Shown: piece by piece, positions 54,209-60,095 of the stretch
Numbering within the stretch: the first letter of the stretch is position 1
Layout: each line of letters begins with the position of its first letter
Source of the DNA: Candidatus Aenigmatarchaeota archaeon
Lineage (GTDB): Archaea > Aenigmatarchaeota > Aenigmatarchaeia > CG10238-14 > SpSt-28
Assembly: GCA_049976365.1 (NCBI GenBank)
Contig: JBMFIJ010000001.1
Location: 1-60,095 of the forward strand
Length of the DNA stretch: 60,095 bases
Direction: 5' to 3'
Made by a program: the position numbers and the translations under genes
Notes under the pieces: generated by a model
What the model was told of the DNA's origin: nothing
What the model saw: the letters and a program-made list of their open reading frames with translations, nothing else
The model's database searches: none

Positions 54209-55141
54209 ATGGATAACGAGAAGAAAATTAAAATAATAGCTTTAACAATTTCTATTGTTTTGGCATTTTTTGGCTATATTTCTAGAGATCCTGGAATTTT
54301 TGGTAACTTGCTTTTAATTTCATTCTTTGTATCCTTTTCCACATTTGCGGCATTTGAATACAAACATTATAGAGAGTTCAAAGAAATGGAGGAAAAATTT
54401 CCCGTTTTTCTAAGGGATTTAACTGAAGCAATAAACGCTGGTATGACATTACCAAAAGCGATAAAGGCAGTCAGTAAGTATGATTATGGAGTTTTAAGCA
54501 AAGAAATAAAAAAACTTTCGAATCAACTAAGCTGGAATGTACCAATACATAAAGCCTTAGATAGATTTGCAGAAAGGATGAAAAGAAGTAAAAGAATTTC
54601 TACAGGAATAAAAATAATAAAGGAAGCTTATTTGAGTGGAGGAAATACAGTAGCCATATTAACAAGTTTGTCCGAGGCCTTAGAAATTTTAGAACAAAGT
54701 GAAAAAGAAAGAAAATCAATTTTAAATCAGTATACTTTAATGATATACGCAATTTCTCTAATATTCTTAGCTATAGTTGTAGCAATAGTTAGATTAATAA
54801 TTCCAATATTTTCTAATCCTATGATGGGTGTTGCTGGTATATCAGATCCTTGTCTTTCTTGTTCAGGAGGAATATGCTCAGTTTGCGATTTCTTTTATTT
54901 AACTTCTAAGGCTCTTTTTGTTTCAGAAAGTTATGCTAAAACAGGAAAGCTATTCCCATTTTATTACGTTTCATTGTTTTTCTATCTTTCTCTAATTCAA
55001 GCTATTTTTGCTGGCTTAGTAGCTGGAGAAATTTCTGAAGGTTCAATTAGAGCCGGAGTAAAGCACAGTTTAATACTAGCTTGTATAATAACTTCTGCTT
55101 ACCTTTTACTTTTTAGATTTGGCTTAATAGGTGTGTTATGA
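54209..55141 (+). CDS. T2SSF-domain platform protein, second half (TadC/FlaJ-like) with a Cys-cluster loop
   Basis: FPVFLRDLTEAINAGMTLPKAIKAV T2SSF core; DPCLSCSGGICSVCDFF insert. Confidence 0.7.
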   Translation: MDNEKKIKIIALTISIVLAFFGYISRDPGIFGNLLLISFFVSFSTFAAFEYKHYREFKEMEEKFPVFLRDLTEAINAGMTLPKAIKAVSKYDYGVLSKEIKKLSNQLSWNVPIHKALDRFAERMKRSKRISTGIKIIKEAYLSGGNTVAILTSLSEALEILEQSEKERKSILNQYTLMIYAISLIFLAIVVAIVRLIIPIFSNPMMGVAGISDPCLSCSGGICSVCDFFYLTSKALFVSESYAKTGKLFPFYYVSLFFYLSLIQAIFAGLVAGEISEGSIRAGVKHSLILACIITSAYLLLFRFGLIGVL

Positions 55142-55626
55142 TGAAAGGTCAAGCTGGCTTTGAGTTTTATGCAGCAATTCTTCTTTTTGTAATAGCTATA
55201 ACTTATGTTTTTTTTCAAATTGTCACAGCTTTTCCAAAAGGATTGGAAGAAATAAGGAGACAAACTTTGCTTTCTGAAGCATTTCAAATATCGGAAATTT
55301 TAATTAAAGATGTAGGAGAACCAAACGATTGGTATTTAGACGTTTTGAATGCAAAAAGAATAGGTTTAGCAAATGAATCTTTTAGTCAGTTAGGTATTAT
55401 TTCTTTTAGAAAATCTAAGGTTGCAAACGACACATGCAATTTGAATTATAATCTTTTCAAAAAACTTTTAGGATTAAACTACGATGTAGGAATTCTTTTA
55501 AAGCATGAAAATGTTCCAATAATAAACTGTACTAGACCATATAGCGGCATTTACGTCGCTAAAATATCTAGAATAGTTTCTTTTGAAAATAGAAGTTATG
55601 GGGAGTTGACAGTATGGGTTTATTAG
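55138..55626 (+). CDS. Pilin-like protein (KG/Q class III signal, Epd/DUF361-like)
   Basis: MMKG/QAGFEFYAAILLFVIAITYVFF, with Gln at +1 and Glu at +5. Confidence 0.6.
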   Translation: MMKGQAGFEFYAAILLFVIAITYVFFQIVTAFPKGLEEIRRQTLLSEAFQISEILIKDVGEPNDWYLDVLNAKRIGLANESFSQLGIISFRKSKVANDTCNLNYNLFKKLLGLNYDVGILLKHENVPIINCTRPYSGIYVAKISRIVSFENRSYGELTVWVY

Positions 55627-56861
55627 CGCAAGCAACAATGCTAGAAGTAATAACTTCTCTAGTTTTAATTTTAGCAGCTTTTGCAATTTTTTTTAAATAT
55701 CCTTCATATAAAACAGAATGGCAATCGGCAACGCTTAGCATTTTAGTAAAAGACATACTATCAAGCTTGGATTTTACTGGAAAATTGTATAATACTTCTT
55801 TTTATGCAGATTATTTAACAAATTTCACAAGCAAAACATTTTTAGCCAATGAAAGTTATATTTTCAGCTTGATAACTGAAAATACATTCAAGCCAAATAT
55901 TATAATTGCGGCCAATTGTTCATCTTCACAAATAAATGAATTTATTAAATGGTACAACAAGCTTATTGTAAATAAAAGAAAAATCAATATTTTTTTCATT
56001 GAAGCTAATCTAACAAACATTCCTTTTTACTCAGATGTTCTTTTAATTTGTGATTACAAAAATTTAACAGATTATAGACAGCAGCTTTTGGATTATATTT
56101 CAAAAGGAAGGGGAATAGTAGAAATTTCTGATATTTCCTCATTAGATAGCGTAACAAAGGAAATTTTTGGAATAGATCTTTCTTCTAACGTTATTGGAAC
56201 ATCTACAATAGCTCAATTTACTGATGTTAGTATTTACAATTCTTCAAATTATTTACCATATAAATTCTTCTACAATTTTCCAATTGTTTTGAATGCAAGC
56301 AGCATAAATTCGACAACTGGAAATTACATAGGAAATTTCACTTTTAGGAATTTTTCTGTGCCTTTTGAGATAAATTTCACTTCTAAAATTGTTTACTTTT
56401 ACAATGGAACTAAATTTTCTGTTAGCGAAAGATCATCTTTCTACCTTTATGGCTACAATTTCTTTCTTTCATACATTTTGGACAATACAAGCATTGCTAT
56501 TTCTTTCAAGAAAAATTACAATTTTACTGATTTTTTGGGAAACAATAGAGTTTATCCAGTAGATAAAGATGTTTCAAAAATATTTCTTTATGAAGGCTAT
56601 TATTCTGGAACAAACTATCCTGTACCACTTTCTACTATAAATTCTTCTAAAGCTGCATGGATTGCTAATTTTAACAGATATAATAATGCAACAGATGATC
56701 AAAAATTGGCTCTTTTAGCTTTAATTCTTTCCGTTTCTAATAAAGAAAATATAGTATTTCCAATGCAAAAGAAATCAATGGTTTTGCCTTACATAAATGT
56801 TGAAAGCTATGACATTTATGAACCCTACTTAATTTACTTTGGAGTTTCTTATCCATATTAA
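55614..56861 (+). CDS. Large pilin-like / pilus-associated surface protein rich in N-glycosylation sequons
   Basis: MGLLA/QATMLEVITSLVLILAAFAIFF N-terminus. I count 17 N-x-S/T sequons in 415 aa. Confidence 0.55.
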   Translation: MGLLAQATMLEVITSLVLILAAFAIFFKYPSYKTEWQSATLSILVKDILSSLDFTGKLYNTSFYADYLTNFTSKTFLANESYIFSLITENTFKPNIIIAANCSSSQINEFIKWYNKLIVNKRKINIFFIEANLTNIPFYSDVLLICDYKNLTDYRQQLLDYISKGRGIVEISDISSLDSVTKEIFGIDLSSNVIGTSTIAQFTDVSIYNSSNYLPYKFFYNFPIVLNASSINSTTGNYIGNFTFRNFSVPFEINFTSKIVYFYNGTKFSVSERSSFYLYGYNFFLSYILDNTSIAISFKKNYNFTDFLGNNRVYPVDKDVSKIFLYEGYYSGTNYPVPLSTINSSKAAWIANFNRYNNATDDQKLALLALILSVSNKENIVFPMQKKSMVLPYINVESYDIYEPYLIYFGVSYPY

Positions 56862-56893
56862 CCTTTTATATTAGAAATTTCAAAAAAATAGTT

Positions 56894-57166
56894 ATGGAGA
56901 TTGTAAAAATTAAAGAAGATGAAAAAAGTTTGCTTTTGGAAGTTAAAGGAGAAAGCTATACTTTAACAAGTTCTCTAGAAGAAGCTTTATGGAAAAATAA
57001 TAATGTTTCTGAGGCAGCTACTTTTAGAGAACATCCATATTTATCTGAACCTAAAATTTGGGTTATGGTTAAGAAAGGAAAACCAAAAGATGCATTAAAA
57101 GAAGCAGCAGAGGAATTAATTAAGGAGGTTAAGGAGTTCAAGGAAAAATTTAAGAAATCCCTATAG
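56894..57166 (+). CDS. rpoL: DNA-directed RNA polymerase subunit L (Rpo11)
   Basis: 90 aa; LLLEVKGESYTLTSSLEEALWKNNNVSEAATFREHPYLSEPKIWV fits the RpoL pattern (E.HTL.N.L...L....V..A.Y...HP). Confidence 0.65.
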   Translation: MEIVKIKEDEKSLLLEVKGESYTLTSSLEEALWKNNNVSEAATFREHPYLSEPKIWVMVKKGKPKDALKEAAEELIKEVKEFKEKFKKSL

Positions 57167-57168
57167 GC

Positions 57169-57606
57169 TTATTTTATTTCAACTATATCTGCAATTCTCA
57201 GACTTTCTTTCTTTTCTTCTTTTTTTGAAATTTTATATTCTACTTTTTCTCTCAATTTTATTTTTAAGAACTTTTCCAACTTTTCAATTATTCTATCGCT
57301 TGGAATTATTTCTTCATTTTCTATTTTTCTCAACAGATTTTCTTTTTCTCCAATTCTTTTTGCCAGTTCTTGTATGCTAATCTTAATTTTTTCTCTTGCA
57401 TTCCTTATAACTTCTCCATAATTTTCTATTAATTCTAATTCATCTTCTATATCTTTCTCTCTTTTCCTCTTTTCAAAAATTTTCTTATTCTTTATGCTTA
57501 TTATTCTTCCATTTTTTGCACAATTTTCACAAACTTCTAAAATAGCGCCTTCTATTTCTACAACAAAAATTTTATTTGTTTCTTTTCCGCAAAGTTCGCA
57601 TTCCAT
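57169..57606 (-). CDS. mbf1: Archaeal MBF1 (zinc ribbon plus XRE-type HTH)
   Basis: MECELCGKE...CENCAK then ISIQELAKRIGEKENLLRKIENEEIIPSDRIIEKLEKFL. Confidence 0.8.
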   Translation of the reverse strand: MECELCGKETNKIFVVEIEGAILEVCENCAKNGRIISIKNKKIFEKRKREKDIEDELELIENYGEVIRNAREKIKISIQELAKRIGEKENLLRKIENEEIIPSDRIIEKLEKFLKIKLREKVEYKISKKEEKKESLRIADIVEIK

Positions 57607-57615
57607 TGAAAATAT

Positions 57616-58236
57616 TTATTTCCAATCTTTATAGAATTTTTTAAGCCATTTCATTCCTTTTTCAGAAGAAGTTGCAATGCTTATTTCTTCTCCATAAATT
57701 GAAAAGGAATATACAATTTTAGCAGCATTTCTTAATTTTTCTCTAACTAACTCATTCCACTCTATTTCTTCTGTGCTTCCGTGCCAAACAACAAAAAGAT
57801 GAGAATTTTCAACAAATTCTTTAAACTTGTTGAAAATCTTAGGGAGAATTTTTAAAGGAGCATCTAAAACTATTAAGTCGTAGAATTTTTCAATTTTAAG
57901 CTTTGTAACATCTTTCCTTATAAAATTCACCTTTTTTGTTTTAACGTTAGCTTTTGCTATTTTTATGTTTAAATCCAAGCAATCTATAAGTTTAACTTTA
58001 TTTTTAAGCGCAATTTTTGTTAAAGCTCCAGTTCCACAGCATAAATCTAGCATGCTTTTTATTGGTAAAGATTTTGTTAGCTTATCTATTAATATTGACA
58101 AACCAACAGCAGGCCCAGTAATTTGGTTTTTTTCCTTTATTAAAAATTTAAGTTTTAGCTTTTCTGCTATAAGAATTAAAGGAGAATAACTAGATAGAAT
58201 CTTTTTTGCTTCTTTTAGTCTTATTGAGGATTTCAT
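57616..58236 (-). CDS. Class I SAM-dependent methyltransferase
   Basis: Motif I MLDLCCGTGALT, motif IV-like VLDAPL; 206 aa. Confidence 0.6.
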   Translation of the reverse strand: MKSSIRLKEAKKILSSYSPLILIAEKLKLKFLIKEKNQITGPAVGLSILIDKLTKSLPIKSMLDLCCGTGALTKIALKNKVKLIDCLDLNIKIAKANVKTKKVNFIRKDVTKLKIEKFYDLIVLDAPLKILPKIFNKFKEFVENSHLFVVWHGSTEEIEWNELVREKLRNAAKIVYSFSIYGEEISIATSSEKGMKWLKKFYKDWK

Positions 58237-58402
58237 TTATTTTCTTTTAAAATTGAGTTAAAAAATTAGAACTTTTTTAAAGACAATTTTTTAGCTTACG
58301 ATTTGTAGTTATATTGAATTGTTATTTATCAAGCTCATGATTGGAAAGTCCATAAAATTGTAACTTTAAAAGTTTTTATCGAAAATATTTAATTAGTTAT
58401 AT

Positions 58403-58852
58403 ATGATTCGAAAAGATTGTATCTTTTGTAAAATTGTTAGAGGAGAATTACCTTCTTATAAAATTTATGAAGATGAGAATCATCTAGCTATTTTAGATAT
58501 TTATCCGCAAACAAAAGGTCAAACATTAATCATAACAAAAAAACATTATCCAAGTGATCCATTTAAATTGCCAGATAAAGTTTTATCTAATTTAATTTTA
58601 ACATCTAAAAAAGTTGCAAAGATGATAGAAAAAAGCTTAAAACCAAAAAGAATTTTTTTAGTTATAGAAGGAATGGAAATTGATCATATTCATGTCAAAT
58701 TATACCCAAAATACAAAATCGAAAGAAGTATCGAAAACAAAAATTTTGTTTATGATGAAGCCTATCATGGCTATTTAACAACTTTGCATGGACCTAAAGC
58801 TAAAGATGAAGAGCTGAAAAAAATTGTGGAAAAGATTAAAAAACGTAAATAA
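58403..58852 (+). CDS. HIT-family protein (second paralog)
   Basis: CIFCKIVRGELPSYKIYEDENHLAILDIYP...IDHIHVKLYP. Confidence 0.8.
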   Translation: MIRKDCIFCKIVRGELPSYKIYEDENHLAILDIYPQTKGQTLIITKKHYPSDPFKLPDKVLSNLILTSKKVAKMIEKSLKPKRIFLVIEGMEIDHIHVKLYPKYKIERSIENKNFVYDEAYHGYLTTLHGPKAKDEELKKIVEKIKKRK

Positions 58853-59067
58853 TATCCTCTTTAGCTTTAACTTTTCAAATATATGTCTTTTTTTATCGAA
58901 AACCAAAGGCTGAGAAAAGAAGAGCTCTCAGAAAAACTTAAAAATCTTCTATGTAAGCTCTATATTCTTACTCAGTTTTGGAAGCCACAATGTTTGAAAA
59001 TGTAATAAATAAAATTTTACTGCAATTCTCCATTTTTTATTTTTCTATTTAAAGGCTCTATTAAAAA

Positions 59068-59152
59068 CGCTGGGGGCGGGATTTGAACCCGCAAGGGGAT
59101 AAACCCCACAGGCTTAGCAGACCTGCGCCCTACCAGGTTAGGCGACCCCAGC
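59068..59152 (-). tRNA. tRNA-Ser (anticodon GCU), class II with a long variable arm; no encoded CCA
   Basis: The reverse strand folds as follows:
- Acceptor: GCTGGGG/CCCCAGC.
- D arm: GCCT-AACCTGGTA-GGGC.
- Anticodon arm: CAGGT-CTGCTAA-GCCTG.
- Variable arm: TGGGGTTTATCCCCTT.
- T arm: GCGGG-TTCAAAT-CCCGC. Confidence 0.9.
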
Positions 59153-59216
59153 ATCCAATTAAAATTTACTTTTAGAATTCTTTAAATATTAGAAAAATAA
59201 AGTTAAAAATGGAGGA

Positions 59217-59519
59217 TTGGTGATTATGGTTAGTGTTAAAGAAGTTACAGAAATGATAGAAAAGGATGTTTTCACAAACAAAGGATATTATCTAGGAAGA
59301 CTAAAGGATTTAGACATAGATATTTCAAGTTTTAGAATAAGATCAATAGTTGTAGAAACTTCAAGCAACTCAGAAATGGGAAAGCTTTTGGGAGCTAAGA
59401 GAGTTATAATTCCATATTCAGTAGTTCAAGCTGTTGGTGATGTAGTAATAACAAAACATATAGTTGCATCAGCTCCTCAAGAGGGAGAAGTTTCTAGGGA
59501 AGAAGTCCAGAAGATCTAG
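59217..59519 (+). CDS. PRC-barrel domain protein
   Basis: DVFTNKGYYLGRLKDLDIDISSFRIRSIVVE...VIIPYSVVQAVGDVVITK. SD GGAGG lies upstream. Confidence 0.65.
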   Translation: MVIMVSVKEVTEMIEKDVFTNKGYYLGRLKDLDIDISSFRIRSIVVETSSNSEMGKLLGAKRVIIPYSVVQAVGDVVITKHIVASAPQEGEVSREEVQKI

Positions 59520-59536
59520 CTTTTTATTTTTTATTT

Positions 59537-59626
59537 TTATATCAATTCTTCTCCTACTTCCTTTAGTTCTCTAATTACTGTTCCATCTTCTTCTACTATT
59601 TCTCCTTTCGAATAATCATACTTCAT
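59537..59626 (-). CDS. Candidate 29-aa acidic miniprotein with consensus promoter and leaderless geometry
   Basis: MKYDYSKGEIVEEDGTVIRELKEVGEELI. The reverse strand reads AAAGCTTTTAAATAC at 59645-59658, about 25 nt upstream of the ATG. Confidence 0.3.
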   Translation of the reverse strand: MKYDYSKGEIVEEDGTVIRELKEVGEELI

Positions 59627-59680
59627 AAAAGAAGCAAAAAAGTGTATTTAAAAGCTTTCCTATACTTCAAAAAATTCAAT

Positions 59681-60095
59681 TTAAAAAATTCTTCTCGTTT
59701 TATATATCATAAAATATCTTTTTCTTTCTTTTCTTTTTAGAAAATATCCTATTATATAACCAGTTAGCAATCCAGAAAGATGAGCAGCATGAGCTATACT
59801 GCTTGGAATAAAAATTCCGAGAAAAGAAATTAAGGCCCAAAGGAATGCGGCTACGATTAATGGAAGAGGTGTAAAGTATATGTAAACTATTGCATAAGGT
59901 CTCAAAGCTGCTAAAGCTCCTATTATTCCATAAATTGCTCCAGAAGCTCCTACAGCTGGGATATTAGGATTAAAAGTTGTTAGCATGAAGAAAATGTTTC
60001 CAAAAATTCCAGAAATTAAAAAAATCAAAAAATAAGTTTTTCTGTCAACTATTCTTTCTAAATATAACCCAAAGAAAAACAAAGCAAGCATGTTG
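59681..60095 (-). CDS. Rhomboid-family intramembrane serine protease; the N-terminus probably lies beyond the window
   Basis: GASGAIYGIIGA (catalytic GxSG) and AHAAHLSGLLTG (catalytic His) in TM helices. Confidence 0.8.
   Translation of the reverse strand, partial: NMLALFFFGLYLERIVDRKTYFLIFLISGIFGNIFFMLTTFNPNIPAVGASGAIYGIIGALAALRPYAIVYIYFTPLPLIVAAFLWALISFLGIFIPSSIAHAAHLSGLLTGYIIGYFLKRKERKRYFMIYKTRRIF

Noticed and set aside
46404-58852. The two HIT-family genes (46404-46898 and 58403-58852) as a recent duplication or mobile cassette.
   Set aside because: The protein sequences are clearly diverged outside the HIT motifs, and the flanks share no repeat, so they are ordinary paralogs.
1-60095. 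CRISPR arrays, transposases/IS elements, integrases, toxin-antitoxin pairs and known defence systems.
   Set aside because: No regularly spaced direct repeats were seen and no such protein families were recognised. The only repeats are intragenic (TBP halves, the His-codon repeat, K/E-rich coding low complexity) and the rRNA processing stem.

Overview
AT-rich archaeal chromosome segment dominated by information-processing genes. All calls rest on motif recognition by eye; no searches were run. The gene content and compact, scattered layout look like a small-genome, DPANN-like archaeon, which is inference.

Protein-coding content:
- Replication and chromatin: CDC48 (partial), a short-armed SMC, MCM, PCNA, RNase HII, TBP, a histone and RPA-like OB-fold proteins.
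- Translation: aIF2-beta, aIF5A with deoxyhypusine synthase, aRF1, GatDE, Cbf5, a NOL1/NOP2 methyltransferase, and ribosomal proteins L10e, S8e and L3-L4-L23-L2.
- Other: thermosome, RpoL, MBF1, a two-subunit 2-oxoacid:ferredoxin oxidoreductase, a Cys-type FdhA-like molybdoenzyme and a Glu/Leu-type dehydrogenase.

Three GC-rich islands in the AT-rich background are structural RNAs, all on the minus strand:
- A stand-alone 23S rRNA (about 4193-7889) with no 16S or 5S nearby.
- A compact RNase P RNA (15126-15378).
- tRNA-Ser(GCU) (59068-59152).

Most notable observations:
1. The 23S gene carries at least seven short AT-rich, stem-closed insertions. Three sit at the classic LSU intron/homing-endonuclease hot spots (I-CeuI L1923, I-SceI L2449, I-CreI L2593), and none contains an ORF.
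2. aRF1 is interrupted by a 138-aa mini-intein exactly at the catalytic GGQ motif, and the predicted ligated sequence reads GGM-S rather than GGQ-S.
3. A roughly 9 kb thiol-redox island places a thioredoxin-CcdA/DsbD membrane fusion, translationally coupled, between LutB/HdrC-like and LutA/HdrB-like Fe-S proteins. It is flanked by a DsbA-like exoprotein, two Cys-bearing regulators, Trx, TrxR, a dehydrogenase, NAD kinase and a PDO whose N-terminal CXXC is replaced by a His-rich tandem repeat.
4. A type IV pilus locus has four class-III-signal pilin-like genes, a FlaI/PilB-type ATPase and a split TadB/TadC-like platform.

Smaller oddities: nucleotide-level homogenisation of the two TBP repeats, a GatE lacking its insertion domain, and a recurring AAGCTTTATAA-type promoter motif.
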